Source of the DNA: a virus
Taxonomy: Duplodnaviria > Caudoviricetes
IMG/VR virus record: IMGVR_UViG_3300014091_000001
Span: 1 to 64,000 of that record
Direction: 5' to 3' (one strand)
DNA length: 64,000 bases
Positions 36,908-46,946 of this stretch are shown piece after piece. Every line of letters begins with the position of its first letter. Position 1 is the first letter of the stretch. The notes beneath the pieces were generated by a model, which was not told the origin of the DNA, made no database searches, and was given only the letters and a program-made list of their open reading frames with translations. A program made the translations under genes and the position numbers.

Positions 36908-37203
36908 GAAATCGAAGCCACACCCCACCGCCGCCGCGTGACGAAGACGAATTTATTAAGCTTGGGACAGCCTCCCAGCCAGTTGCTACCGCTGGTGGCG
37001 CTAAAGCCCGAACAAAAACGTTCCCTGTTACCGTGTCACTGACAGAAGCCAACCTGAACGATGTGAAAACACACCTCCAGTACGCTGCTGTACAAGGTGA
37101 AGTGAGCATGTCGCGTACTGACGTCATGAAGGCGGGATTACTGGCGCTAAAAGAGTTTACGCCAGAACAGATACTGGAATTTATGCGTAAAGTAAAAGTT
37201 TAA
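36904..37203 (+). CDS. Small RHH centromere-binding protein (ParG-like)
   Basis: Overlaps the parA stop; flexible N-terminus, then VTVSL strand and two helices (SRTDVMKAGL). Confidence 0.72.
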   Translation: MRNRSHTPPPPRDEDEFIKLGTASQPVATAGGAKARTKTFPVTVSLTEANLNDVKTHLQYAAVQGEVSMSRTDVMKAGLLALKEFTPEQILEFMRKVKV

Positions 37204-37314
37204 AAAAGGCCGCGTATGCGGCCTTGTTTGCTTGAAATTCTCTACGGTCTGCGGTCGCCTGAAACTGAGGACGTAAGAGCCAGCGTTTAGCGATCTGGTT
37301 TAAATCGGCATGTT

Positions 37315-39330
37315 TCATTGGAGTACCCCGATAATATCTAAAGCCAGCTCACGTTTATCGCCTTTGCACGACATTGAGCGCCGCGCAAACAGGTCACGCA
37401 CGTTAAAACCGGCCTTTGTGTACGCCTCAATCAACGCCGGATGCCCTGAGTTAGTTACCACTACTCGCGCGCCGCGCTGGTGAGCCGCAACCATCTCATT
37501 CAGCAACTGCCAGTGATGCTCATCGGTAAACGGCTCCTGGGTGTATTGTGTGAATCCTGTAGTTTCGGGAAGGGACATATACGGCGGATCGCAAAAAACA
37601 ACATCATCTTTTCCCGCCAGGCGGATAGTGTCCACGAACGAGCGGCAAGCGAACTCGCAAAGGTGTGCCATCGCACTGAATGCCACCAGCTCGGCCTCGG
37701 GGAAATATGGCGCTTTGTATTTGCCATACGAGGTATTGAACTCGCCTTTTTTGTTGTAACGCGTAAGCCCGTTAAATGCGTGTCGGTTCAGGTACAGAAA
37801 CGCTGCTGCCCGCTCCACAGATGTATAATGCATGCTATTGAAATGGCTTTTGATATCTTTGAAAGCGCTATTGGTATTTTGGGTTTGAAACATCAGGCGG
37901 GCTTTATCAATGACTGCTCCAGGTCTTTGCTGCAATGTTTGGTAAAGACAAATCAGATCAGCGCCGGTATCGCCCAAAATGTACCGCTCAAAGCCTGGTG
38001 CATTCATAAAAATTGAACCTGCCCCTACAAACGGTTCAATCAGGCGTTTACCGCCGCCAACAGAGGGCAGAATCTGGTCAAGCTGAGATGATTTGCCGCC
38101 AGCCCATTTAAGGAAAGGCCTGTTACGCTCAGGCTTGTTGCTGGTGGCCGGTGCCTTACGTGAAGGCCGTACCGGTACTGGAGTGTCAGTCATAATTGAA
38201 GCCCTAAGAGCATGAGTGATTCGTTTCATGAGCCAGCGCATAATCGGCACGGCCATCGAGTTACCAATTGCTTTGTAGCGGGGGCCATCAGTTGCCGGTT
38301 TCCCCTTATAAAGAACATTGGTGTGGTAGTCGGGGAAGCCCTGCAATCGCTCGCACTCAAGCGGCGTGAGTCGGCGAACCTTTAAACGAGGTATGGCATC
38401 AGAGCGGTAAGGGAAGGTGATAAATGTTTCAGTATCAAAGTCGATGCGCTGGTTACTGGTAGTCAGAGTTGTAGAAACTCTGATTGCACCTCCTGTATTA
38501 CCCCCACCAAAAGCGATCGGCGTTAGTCCTCCTGAAAAGGGGTTGTTACCCCTTCGGTGAGCACACGATGTAGCAGTGCGGGTAACGTTCGATTCCGGTT
38601 TGTGGCTCGGCGAAGTAGCCCTTCGCATGCTTTCGAACTCAGTAAGTACCTTGATGGGATCGAATCCGTTTCGAGCACTTGCGATAACGAAACAACGTCT
38701 GCGTCGTTGGGCCACTCCGAAAAATTGGGCATCGAGTAACCGCCAGGCAACGGCGCGCTGCTGTCCATAAGCACCACCAGCGTGGGGCCATTTTGCAGTA
38801 TGGATACGGGCTGTTTTTTTCCATCGCCAGAATTTGCTGTTTTTACCGGCGTCAGGTCGTGAACCAGGTTCGATTGCTTCATCTGCGCCAGCCAGTCCGG
38901 CAATGAAATTTCCAAAGGCATTGTCGTGGCTGGAGAGGACGCCAGGGACGTTTTCCCATACGATGATGCATGGCGATTTTCCCTGGGCTTTTCTAACGTC
39001 GTCAATGGCATTTGCCAGCTCCACAAAGGCTAAAGTTAATTGGCCGCGCGCGTCTGAAAGACCGGTGCGCATACCCATAATGCTGAATGCCTGGCAGGGT
39101 GTGCCGCCTACCAGAATATCGGGCGCTTCTACTTCACCGGCGCGAATCGCGACGGCGATTTTTGTCATATCGCCTAAGTTTGTGACCTGGGGCCAATGAT
39201 GCGCCAGTACAGCACACGGGAACGGTTCAATTTCGGCGAACCATGCCGGGCGTAAGCCCATTGATTCCCAGGCTATGCTGGCGGCCTCAATACCACTGCA
39301 TACCGAACCGTAAGAAAGGGGGGTATTCAT
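37315..39330 (-). CDS. dmt: Dmt-like bifunctional C5-cytosine plus Dam-like N6-adenine methyltransferase
   Basis: GGTPCQ, ENV, QRRRR and GNS (C5) fused to PFLKWAGGK and DPPY (Dam). Confidence 0.92.
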   Translation of the reverse strand: MNTPLSYGSVCSGIEAASIAWESMGLRPAWFAEIEPFPCAVLAHHWPQVTNLGDMTKIAVAIRAGEVEAPDILVGGTPCQAFSIMGMRTGLSDARGQLTLAFVELANAIDDVRKAQGKSPCIIVWENVPGVLSSHDNAFGNFIAGLAGADEAIEPGSRPDAGKNSKFWRWKKTARIHTAKWPHAGGAYGQQRAVAWRLLDAQFFGVAQRRRRCFVIASARNGFDPIKVLTEFESMRRATSPSHKPESNVTRTATSCAHRRGNNPFSGGLTPIAFGGGNTGGAIRVSTTLTTSNQRIDFDTETFITFPYRSDAIPRLKVRRLTPLECERLQGFPDYHTNVLYKGKPATDGPRYKAIGNSMAVPIMRWLMKRITHALRASIMTDTPVPVRPSRKAPATSNKPERNRPFLKWAGGKSSQLDQILPSVGGGKRLIEPFVGAGSIFMNAPGFERYILGDTGADLICLYQTLQQRPGAVIDKARLMFQTQNTNSAFKDIKSHFNSMHYTSVERAAAFLYLNRHAFNGLTRYNKKGEFNTSYGKYKAPYFPEAELVAFSAMAHLCEFACRSFVDTIRLAGKDDVVFCDPPYMSLPETTGFTQYTQEPFTDEHHWQLLNEMVAAHQRGARVVVTNSGHPALIEAYTKAGFNVRDLFARRSMSCKGDKRELALDIIGVLQ

Positions 39331-40451
39331 TGGCTCCCGGCCTCGTTTAGGGCATAAGAAATTCGTGCGTCAGATATTGCAACGTAGTGGGGTTCCCGCT
39401 CTATGCCGGTAAAGTCAAAGCCGCCCTGGACGGCGCCAACTCCCGTTGAACCGCTACCCGTAAAAGGATCGAGAACATGGCCGCCTGCGGGCGTGATAAG
39501 CCGTATCAGATACAGCATTAGGTTGACCGGCTTTACGGTTGGATGGTTATTGCCGCTGGTGGCTGTGTTCTCAATCTGGCGAAGCGTTGAACCATGTGAA
39601 AATTGCGGACCTGGGCTTTTCAATCCTCGATGCCGCTCGGAAGGGGAGGATTTTGCGCAATAGAAGAATCGTGCGGCGCTGCCCTTGTCGCCATGATGTA
39701 AGGTTCCTACGCGCTTGCGCATGTTCAATACCTGACCAGTAGCCGCTGCGGAAGGCTCGTTACCGGTCACGGGGGCAAGAGCACCAGCTTGTGCCGGGAA
39801 TAGACTGGTTACAGGCTCACTACCATCATGAATAAGGTTTGCTGGCCATCGCCCCGCTGACTGCGCATCGACACTCCCTTTACTGATTCGGCAAGCATCA
39901 ATATTTAGCGCTCCGGTTCCATACCGTCGCATGTTCTCTGCAACGGTGCCTTTAAAGGGCTTCCGTGCGACGGTAATAGGCTCCAGTGCAGGTTTCAACG
40001 CAGTGCCCCAGCCTTTCAGTTCATCTTTCAGGTTAAGTGACTTAGGGAAGCCACTACCGTAAATCCATGCGAAAAGCGCATCGACAGAAAGTACCTGCGA
40101 GAAAAGTTTGATTTGGTCGGGATTGAGCGAGTTAAGAAAGTTTCTGAAAACCTCTTCGGTATCGTAAAGCGACGCCATCATATCGCGCAGCTCAAAACCT
40201 GCATCCTCTATACGAACGGCCATTCGGTGTTGGGTGCGCGTTCCTGCAAAAGCCAGCAAGTGTCCACCTGGTTTCAAGACGCGCAAGCATTCCGCCCATA
40301 TTTCCGTAGTCGGCACGTCGTAGTCCCATTTCTTACCCATAAACGACAGACCGTAAGGAGGATCGGTAACTATGGAATCAAAGGTGTTGTCTGGCAGAGT
40401 TTTTAATACGTCCAGGCAGTCACCGGTAAATAGGCGAGTTTTAACGCTCAC
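39327..40451 (-). CDS. N4/N6 DNA methyltransferase (beta class)
   Basis: VTDPPY near the N-terminus, HPTVKP, LDPFTGSGSTG. Confidence 0.9.
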   Translation of the reverse strand: MSVKTRLFTGDCLDVLKTLPDNTFDSIVTDPPYGLSFMGKKWDYDVPTTEIWAECLRVLKPGGHLLAFAGTRTQHRMAVRIEDAGFELRDMMASLYDTEEVFRNFLNSLNPDQIKLFSQVLSVDALFAWIYGSGFPKSLNLKDELKGWGTALKPALEPITVARKPFKGTVAENMRRYGTGALNIDACRISKGSVDAQSAGRWPANLIHDGSEPVTSLFPAQAGALAPVTGNEPSAAATGQVLNMRKRVGTLHHGDKGSAARFFYCAKSSPSERHRGLKSPGPQFSHGSTLRQIENTATSGNNHPTVKPVNLMLYLIRLITPAGGHVLDPFTGSGSTGVGAVQGGFDFTGIEREPHYVAISDARISYALNEAGSQ

Positions 40452-41349
40452 ATTCACCTCCCAGCGCCTCAATTAATGAGGCCACCAGCGCGCTAAACTC
40501 CGCTTTAAAGAGAATAAAATCAGCGACGATGCGTGAGTGGATATCTTCACGCTCAATGTCGTCATTCTGGTCGCGAAGTTCGTCGGCGTAATGCACCGCC
40601 TTAATCGTCATATCGTCGGCAAGACGGAAAGTAATGCGTGATTGCCAGTCCAGCGAAAGCGTGGTTGCCACCTTGCCAGCCTCAATATGAGTTGCTATTT
40701 CATCAGTGAAAAGATCCTGCTTGCTGACGCGTAACGCCCCACCAGCCTCTAATATCGCTTTCAGTACAGCCTCTGTTCCCACGCCGTAACCAGCGGGCAT
40801 TTGATTGGTTTTCAGCCAATCTGTAATGGTTAATTCAATGGGGGTTTCCATCGTCAGTGGTACAACCGGCAATGAGCCGAGGGTTTTACGCAATAACGCG
40901 AGTAAATCTTCGGCGGCACGGGCGCTGGAGGCTTCAACGTAAACCAGCTGGCGTTCGATATCGATCCAGAGGTAATTGCATACAGATTTGGTAAACGCGC
41001 GGGGAAGTAGTGAGTGCAACACTTCATCCTTGAGGCTAACACGCTCAGCGCGGCGTACTTTCCGTCCCTGGTCCGCTTCAATTGCAGCTATACGTTCCGC
41101 TACGGCCTCGTTTACTACGGCTGGTGGCAGGATTTTGAACTGGTGCTGACAGCACAACAGGACACTGCGCTCATGCTCAATGAAAAGGCCTTCTGGCGTA
41201 ACGTTTACCCAACCTCTGCGGCCCATATCCTGTGAACCGCAAGGGGTAAAGATGTACGGTGTCAGTTGTTCCGTAAGCTTTTCTTTGTCCAGCGTAAATT
41301 GACGGGACAGTCGGTAAATACAGACGTTTTTAAGAAACGGTGTTTTCAT
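40441..41349 (-). CDS. rdgC: Recombination-associated protein RdgC (P1 HrdC)
   Basis: FLKN...YRL...FTPCG...GWV...KILP...LLPRAF...LRKTLGSLPVVP. Confidence 0.95.
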   Translation of the reverse strand: MKTPFLKNVCIYRLSRQFTLDKEKLTEQLTPYIFTPCGSQDMGRRGWVNVTPEGLFIEHERSVLLCCQHQFKILPPAVVNEAVAERIAAIEADQGRKVRRAERVSLKDEVLHSLLPRAFTKSVCNYLWIDIERQLVYVEASSARAAEDLLALLRKTLGSLPVVPLTMETPIELTITDWLKTNQMPAGYGVGTEAVLKAILEAGGALRVSKQDLFTDEIATHIEAGKVATTLSLDWQSRITFRLADDMTIKAVHYADELRDQNDDIEREDIHSRIVADFILFKAEFSALVASLIEALGGECER

Positions 41350-41394
41350 TACAAATTACCCAATACACATGTTCAGGGTAATTTAACAAATGTT

Positions 41395-41404
41395 CCTTAG
41401 AATT
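41395..41404. promoter_or_regulatory. Putative C1-type operator upstream of rdgC
   Basis: CCTTAGAATT. Confidence 0.5.
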
Positions 41405-41413
41405 ACTGTTATT

Positions 41414-42070
41414 TTATTTCGAAAAAGCAACCGATGTTGCCTTACCCGTGAGTGGGCCTGCGGCTTCAAAGTCCAGTTTCGCACCGGCTTTCATCCCCAT
41501 TTCTGCGCCGGATTCAAATAGGATCTTGCCGCCTGCTTTGGCGATGATATCTCCGGCCATATGAAGTAATAAATTACCCGGCCCTATGAGATACATTTCC
41601 CCGGCCTCGTTAATTCCAACTCGCGCACCAGCGGCGGTATTGGCTATCTCATAACCCCCACCAGCGGTGCGAACCTCAAGAAGGTTGTTTCGATGGACAA
41701 CGAAGTCCTCTGACGAGGCTATTTTCGGGCGCGCCGGGGCTCCTTCGATTTCGCCCGGCGTCCACGGCTCTCCCTGCCCGGATACTTCCGGCGCAACGTT
41801 AGGTACACCGCCTGGAGCGTCCTGTGCCCCGCCCACGATCAGCGGCCTGCGCGTATCTGGTTTTCCCCGGGCATCGGTGTACGGAAATTCCACCCATACC
41901 AGATCGCCGGTTTTGGTGGGTGTAAATGCGTTACCGATCCCCAGCATGTATTCGGCCCATGGCAGACTTTCATCGGGTACGGCATTCCAGTCCGGCAATA
42001 ATCGAACCTGCGCGCGCACCAGTCCGCCAGGGTGTTTGGTTCCTACTATTAAAGCGCGGCACTTACTCAA
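41414..42070 (-). CDS. 5: Baseplate spike gp5
   Basis: OB-fold (LPWAE...GD.VWVEFPY) then beta-helix repeats; matches P1 gp5. Confidence 0.88.
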   Translation of the reverse strand: MSKCRALIVGTKHPGGLVRAQVRLLPDWNAVPDESLPWAEYMLGIGNAFTPTKTGDLVWVEFPYTDARGKPDTRRPLIVGGAQDAPGGVPNVAPEVSGQGEPWTPGEIEGAPARPKIASSEDFVVHRNNLLEVRTAGGGYEIANTAAGARVGINEAGEMYLIGPGNLLLHMAGDIIAKAGGKILFESGAEMGMKAGAKLDFEAAGPLTGKATSVAFSK

Positions 42071-43052
42071 TGTTTGGCACTCCCAAAATCATGCGCGTGG
42101 TATATGAAATACGGTCCTCAAAATGGGCCACACGCTCAACGATAAAGTTCTTTGGTAGTGACTCATCTACTCGATTCTGGTTGTCGTAGCGATGAATCAA
42201 CACTCCGATCACCATGCCAGCGGTGATATCCGGGTTTCCGGTGGCTTCAATGTCCAGTTTTGGTATAAGGATCTGCTGCATGTTTTTTAGTGTGGACATA
42301 TCCGCATCTGAGACATATTTAACCGGCAGCGCCGCATCCCCAGCTTCCAGATACCCGTCAGTCATTGAATACCCAACAAACCGGTATTGGCGGCTTTCAG
42401 TGGTAGCAAAATCATTGTTCAGATTCTGCAATCGGCTGATCGTGTAGTTTGCTGCTGGGTTGTTCGCCTCATAAATATATGCAGCTTTGGTTTTAATGAG
42501 TCGGGACATTTCTTTCACACAAAATTTGCCACGCGCCATCCATACCAAAGCGCCGTTATCGCTCGCCATTTGACTTAAAACCAGTGACGGCTTTTCACCC
42601 ATGTTTAGGTGATACGTGCTCGCTTTTTTGAATGAATCTGCATCGACAGTCATTCCATCCGCTAACTCACGTAAAATGTCTCCTGGTTGTCTATTGGCAT
42701 AAAGCCGCGCCGCTGCAGTTGGGGTTTTCAGGCGCTTTAAATCTGCGCTAACGGCGGTGATCTGAATAACATCACCCCTGGCTGGTGCAGACGTCACAAA
42801 AAAGGTCTCTTTGATAGTTCCGCGAGTGCCGGTGGGGTCGCCGAACTCGGCCACAAGCGAGGAACCATAACGTGCATGAAAATCATCAGTAATTGAGCCC
42901 GTTGCATCCCTAACCTCAAGGCGTATCAGAGGGCCGGTAAGCCGGGTTTTTTCGATGTACAACGTACTGTTTACCCATTCGCGCGGTATGACCTGGCCAT
43001 TAAGTGTGGCTGACTGCAAAAAGTATTGCTGGAGCTGTGCCATATCTATCAC
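42063..43052 (-). CDS. 6: Baseplate hub gp6
   Basis: Position and size of P1 gp6; hub-like (T4 gp27/Mu gp44) features. Confidence 0.8.
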   Translation of the reverse strand: MIDMAQLQQYFLQSATLNGQVIPREWVNSTLYIEKTRLTGPLIRLEVRDATGSITDDFHARYGSSLVAEFGDPTGTRGTIKETFFVTSAPARGDVIQITAVSADLKRLKTPTAAARLYANRQPGDILRELADGMTVDADSFKKASTYHLNMGEKPSLVLSQMASDNGALVWMARGKFCVKEMSRLIKTKAAYIYEANNPAANYTISRLQNLNNDFATTESRQYRFVGYSMTDGYLEAGDAALPVKYVSDADMSTLKNMQQILIPKLDIEATGNPDITAGMVIGVLIHRYDNQNRVDESLPKNFIVERVAHFEDRISYTTRMILGVPNIE

Positions 43053-43813
43053 TCCATCATTGTGCCGGATGTTTCAAAACGGATGCGCTTGGCATCCACT
43101 TCCCAGGCGATATAAACATCTGCCATAACAGTGATCATTGCCTGGGCGGCAAAAACGCGATTTTCTGTAAGCGGAGGTGAAATATCGGTAAATCCGGTGC
43201 TTTTTGCTTCGGTTATGCAGCAATCTATTTCCGCCTGGACATTAAGGAGCGTCTCGAAGGCTTTAAAGCTGGTGTTAGACAGGAATTGCATATCACCGGC
43301 AAAGGCATTGCACATCAGGCCCAAGGTCGTTTTTTCTGCGGAAATGAATGAGATGTTATATGTGAGAGTGGCTTTGGTGATTTCCAGCTCGGCGACAGGC
43401 GTAAAATTGTCTTCCGCATACAGCATTCCAGCATTACGACGGTTGCGCTGGTTATCGTTGCTTTCATAGGCCAAATCAAACGAGCGGGAGACATTCACTA
43501 CCGGCAGCGCGTCACGGTTAACAATCACCTTTTTAGGCACCCGGTTACGTCCGGCAGCTGCACGGCGTAGCGCCGCCAGGAATTCAACCACTGAATCATA
43601 TTGACCGACGAAAACTCGCTCATCCGGCTCGCGGGCGAGAAAGGACGCAAATCGTGCTCTTGCCGGATCAGGATGCGTCACAACAACACGGCTAAAAGTA
43701 GCATCAATTTTTGATGCGACGGCTTTATCAACAGCTGAAAATCCCGTCACTTCAAACTTACCTGTTCGCGTTAATTCCCATTCACGATGGCGCGCAAGTA
43801 GCTCTTTATTCAC
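43049..43813 (-). CDS. 24: Tail terminator gp24
   Basis: TGKFE...LPVVNVSRS...NRVFA matches P1 gp24; GTG overlaps the gene 7 stop. Confidence 0.8.
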   Translation of the reverse strand: MNKELLARHREWELTRTGKFEVTGFSAVDKAVASKIDATFSRVVVTHPDPARARFASFLAREPDERVFVGQYDSVVEFLAALRRAAAGRNRVPKKVIVNRDALPVVNVSRSFDLAYESNDNQRNRRNAGMLYAEDNFTPVAELEITKATLTYNISFISAEKTTLGLMCNAFAGDMQFLSNTSFKAFETLLNVQAEIDCCITEAKSTGFTDISPPLTENRVFAAQAMITVMADVYIAWEVDAKRIRFETSGTMME

Positions 43814-44547
43814 TTCACTATCCCTCCCTCGGTTGAATCCAGGTTGCGCGCAGGTATGCAGTAATACAGCGAACCGACATGCTGAGTACCAAAACTGAAA
43901 ATACGATGCACATACCACCAGCGTTGCGCCAGGTTGCCGGAAGCCATTTCCTCATTCCAGGTAAGGATCGAGCCGACACAAACCCCTTCGGCAGCGATGC
44001 GTAACAACTGAATTTCTTCGGCAAGTCCGTCCTGTTCACCGTCAACGTCTACAGCCTGAAATGAGTCCCGTTCATCAGGGCAATCAACTACTTTTACTTT
44101 GATGGGTTCCAGGTAACGTAAATCGCGCTGGTTATTACTGATTTCAGTGAAAGATGGACCTTCCAGCCCTGTATCATCATCAATCTCACCAACGTCTTCA
44201 GGGTCGGGCCGGAATAGAAGTGCGTCGAAATTGTCCGGGTCCATTTCAATCACTCTGATCCAGTCTTTGCGGACCATCGCGTTTAGCGGCGCATGCCCTT
44301 TAAATCGTGGTTTTAAGCTGGTGTCCTGCTCGCGTGAGGCAAGATCCGTAGGCAAACTTGCGCTATCAGGCTCGGCATCGTTATCGTCAGCAACGGCGTC
44401 CTGTTCCGGCTCGTTGTCGATGTGTGGCGGCGGGGAAACTTCCGCGTCCAAATCGATTATCTTTTCTTGTGGGGATTGTTCTGGCTGCGGCTGGGCGACA
44501 ACGGGTTTATCCTCGTCGTCATACCACTCGTCGTAGGGTCCGGTCAT
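43810..44547 (-). CDS. 7: Head completion/neck protein gp7
   Basis: Acidic N-terminus; VRKDW...DPD.FDA; WWYVHRIF.FGT..VGSLYYC.P.R. Confidence 0.85.
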   Translation of the reverse strand: MTGPYDEWYDDEDKPVVAQPQPEQSPQEKIIDLDAEVSPPPHIDNEPEQDAVADDNDAEPDSASLPTDLASREQDTSLKPRFKGHAPLNAMVRKDWIRVIEMDPDNFDALLFRPDPEDVGEIDDDTGLEGPSFTEISNNQRDLRYLEPIKVKVVDCPDERDSFQAVDVDGEQDGLAEEIQLLRIAAEGVCVGSILTWNEEMASGNLAQRWWYVHRIFSFGTQHVGSLYYCIPARNLDSTEGGIVK

Positions 44548-45749
44548 TGTGAATTACCTTTGTTTTTCACGTATTCAATAAAGCGCTTATCCGCCTCAGT
44601 GCGGGAAACCCCCATCGCCACCAGCGCATCGGTAAAGGCTTGTTTTTGCACTTTGAACTGATCAGCTAATTGCTGCTGTAGCAACTTGCTTTTCTCTTTT
44701 TCCTGTTTGAGTTTCTTCTCTTTCTCGGCTGCGCGGGCGCGCTGAGATGCGCTCATTTTTTTGGCTTTAACAAGCTGCTTGCTCAGCTGGTCCAGCTTCT
44801 TAGCGTCTCGACCAATCTGTTTACCCAACGCCAGCTGGCGCTTCTGATAGCGCTCAAACTCGACTTTAGCGGCGTTTTTATTGGTCAAAGAACTGCGATT
44901 CTTTCCAAACAGCTTGCGATCTTCATCAGTGAAATGCTGTGTGGTACGACGGCGATCGTCACCAAAAGCTACGCGGGCCGCCGCTTTCAACATTGCTTTG
45001 CCGATAACCATTTGCCAGCTGGTGGATTGAAGGCGCGTCATGGCATGGATCACATGCTTGCATGCGACACCACTGAGGTTAGGGTTTCGGATTTTCGGAA
45101 AGGCATATTCTTTCGGCGGGGCCAGGGCGAAATTCCCTGCTGTAGCAATATAGCGGTACCAGTATTGATGGCGTCCGCAATCGCAATCAAAAGAGATACG
45201 ACCGGCACAAAGTCGCTTAGCTACCTTAATGGCGTTCTTTTCATCGCTCAGGTCGTCGATGAGCTCGTCCCATTCTTCGAAGCGAACCTTGACGCGGTGA
45301 TGTTGGTCCTCACTCCGTTCGGAGGCCTCCACACTTACTGAAATGATATTGTGTTTAAGTGCCGATGGCGTTGCCCGCTTAATGCCAGAACCGTCGTCTA
45401 CTTTGTTGTTGGCGCGTTTTATATCAATATCGAGACTCGCGGCCACAAGTTGAGCATACGTGATCCCCGCCACGCCAGAATTGAATTGCTGGCGCGCTTG
45501 CTTTCGCTGATTGGTGAAGTTCTTCAGGTCGTCTTCGGTAAAAAAGGTGCCGTCTTTCTTTTTCTTGCCCAGCGCAATAATGTCGTCAGCTGATTTATTT
45601 TTAAGCGTAAGCGGGGTAAGTGTGCGACGCGCGGCGCGGCGCTTTCGGCGTTTGTCGTCCTCAATCTGATTGAAGAGACGCTCGAACTGCTTTGAAGACA
45701 AGCCTTCTGTCAGATAGCGCCCGTTGCTGGCGCGGAGGAACTCAGCCAC
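44544..45749 (-). CDS. 25: gp25 with SWIM-type Zn finger
   Basis: SFDCDCGRHQYWYRY...ACKHV matches P1 gp25. Confidence 0.88.
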   Translation of the reverse strand: MAEFLRASNGRYLTEGLSSKQFERLFNQIEDDKRRKRRAARRTLTPLTLKNKSADDIIALGKKKKDGTFFTEDDLKNFTNQRKQARQQFNSGVAGITYAQLVAASLDIDIKRANNKVDDGSGIKRATPSALKHNIISVSVEASERSEDQHHRVKVRFEEWDELIDDLSDEKNAIKVAKRLCAGRISFDCDCGRHQYWYRYIATAGNFALAPPKEYAFPKIRNPNLSGVACKHVIHAMTRLQSTSWQMVIGKAMLKAAARVAFGDDRRRTTQHFTDEDRKLFGKNRSSLTNKNAAKVEFERYQKRQLALGKQIGRDAKKLDQLSKQLVKAKKMSASQRARAAEKEKKLKQEKEKSKLLQQQLADQFKVQKQAFTDALVAMGVSRTEADKRFIEYVKNKGNSQ

Positions 45750-46068
45750 TTATCAACTCCGGGGCGCCGGAATAATCGCGCATACGGTCCCGCAACCACG
45801 TTAACGAGGGCAGAGTGAGCGTTTTGCCTACTGGCATAGATTCTGTTTCTGATTCGTGGCCTACCAATAGTCGGAAAACCCAGCGTAAATCTGCATTTTC
45901 ATAGGCTCTGTGAGCGGCCAGGTCGGAACGTTGTGCCTCATCAGGCTTAATGGTGTATGGGAAATTATCAACGTTAAAGCTGGTGGCCCGCGCGATCACT
46001 TCTTGATGGAAAAGCGCCAGTAATACAGCGTCCTCAATTGTACGATCATCCAGTCGGTTGTAACTCAA
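45742..46068 (-). CDS. 26: Baseplate protein gp26 (LysM-like)
   Basis: R.DD..I.D...DE..R.DL.A.R......LRWV matches P1 gp26. Confidence 0.82.
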   Translation of the reverse strand: MSYNRLDDRTIEDAVLLALFHQEVIARATSFNVDNFPYTIKPDEAQRSDLAAHRAYENADLRWVFRLLVGHESETESMPVGKTLTLPSLTWLRDRMRDYSGAPELISG

Positions 46069-46721
46069 AGCACCACCTCATCATCGCTGATACGGGTGCC
46101 TGCCAACGTTTCAGGTACTGCAGCGGAACTAACTTTGTGCTGGTGACTAACGATTTTTGCAAAGACACCCAAAAGACCATTTTTTGATTCGTCTTCAACG
46201 GTACCCGTCATTGCGGCAATATAATCTGCGGAGGCAACAGGATGGTAGATCGTTGCAAAACAGCAAAGGATTGTGAGGACATGCTCAGGACGAATATCCG
46301 GCCAGTTGATTCGGTAGACCTCTTCGCCTTTAGCGTTGAATTCAACTTCAACAATGTTTGCAGGAATGTCATATGCCCCGGAATTTTTTGGGGGTAGTGA
46401 AATGGTTTTCTGACGCCGCATTTCATTGTACCGCTCGATACCCACCACAACGGCGGCACGTCCATCAGTAAATCGCGATTTCAGGGAAACATGATTAGCG
46501 CCAGAAGCTGCTGAAATGGCTCCGCTAATCTCATCCACCAGCACCTTAAACCCGTTTTTGCGTAGGGTATCGATGGCAGGGGTAAGTTTTGTACGCTGAT
46601 TTTCCAGGTTGGCCGGTAGGCTCTTAGGGGCAGACATGATCAGGTTGTCGCCTTTCAGAACGGCGGTGACATACATAGGCCTGTCAGTCGTTAGCGTAAT
46701 TACGGCGATTTTCTGGTCCAT
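46065..46721 (-). CDS. Late-operon protein conserved in P1-like phages, unknown function
   Basis: First gene after a late-promoter motif; overlaps gene 26. Confidence 0.7.
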   Translation of the reverse strand: MDQKIAVITLTTDRPMYVTAVLKGDNLIMSAPKSLPANLENQRTKLTPAIDTLRKNGFKVLVDEISGAISAASGANHVSLKSRFTDGRAAVVVGIERYNEMRRQKTISLPPKNSGAYDIPANIVEVEFNAKGEEVYRINWPDIRPEHVLTILCCFATIYHPVASADYIAAMTGTVEDESKNGLLGVFAKIVSHQHKVSSAAVPETLAGTRISDDEVVL

Positions 46722-46846
46722 TTTCTGTTCCTTTAAAAAGCAAAAAGGCCGCTAATGCGGCCCCTTGCTGGCTATTGGTTCCCGTCCGCGCTTAGCAGGA
46801 AGTTAATTTGTCAAAAGTACCCTCAAGGGTTCCAATGGCTGCGAAG

Positions 46847-46867
46847 ACTTTAAGCGGTTTGTACTTT
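46847..46867 (-). promoter_or_regulatory. Putative late promoter (26-25-7-24-6-5 operon)
   Basis: AAAGTACAAA-CCGCT-TAAAGT. Confidence 0.65.
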
Positions 46868-46946
46868 GTGTTTTCATCGGTCAATAAATTTTTGTCATTT
46901 TATTTTTCGTTATCTTGATTAGCGCTTATCAACGCATCCCGGGCCA

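Noticed and set aside
37204-41413. tRNA genes and ban helicase expected near dmt in P1
   Set aside because: No cloverleaf with T-loop/CCA and no DnaB-like ORF seen in this window.
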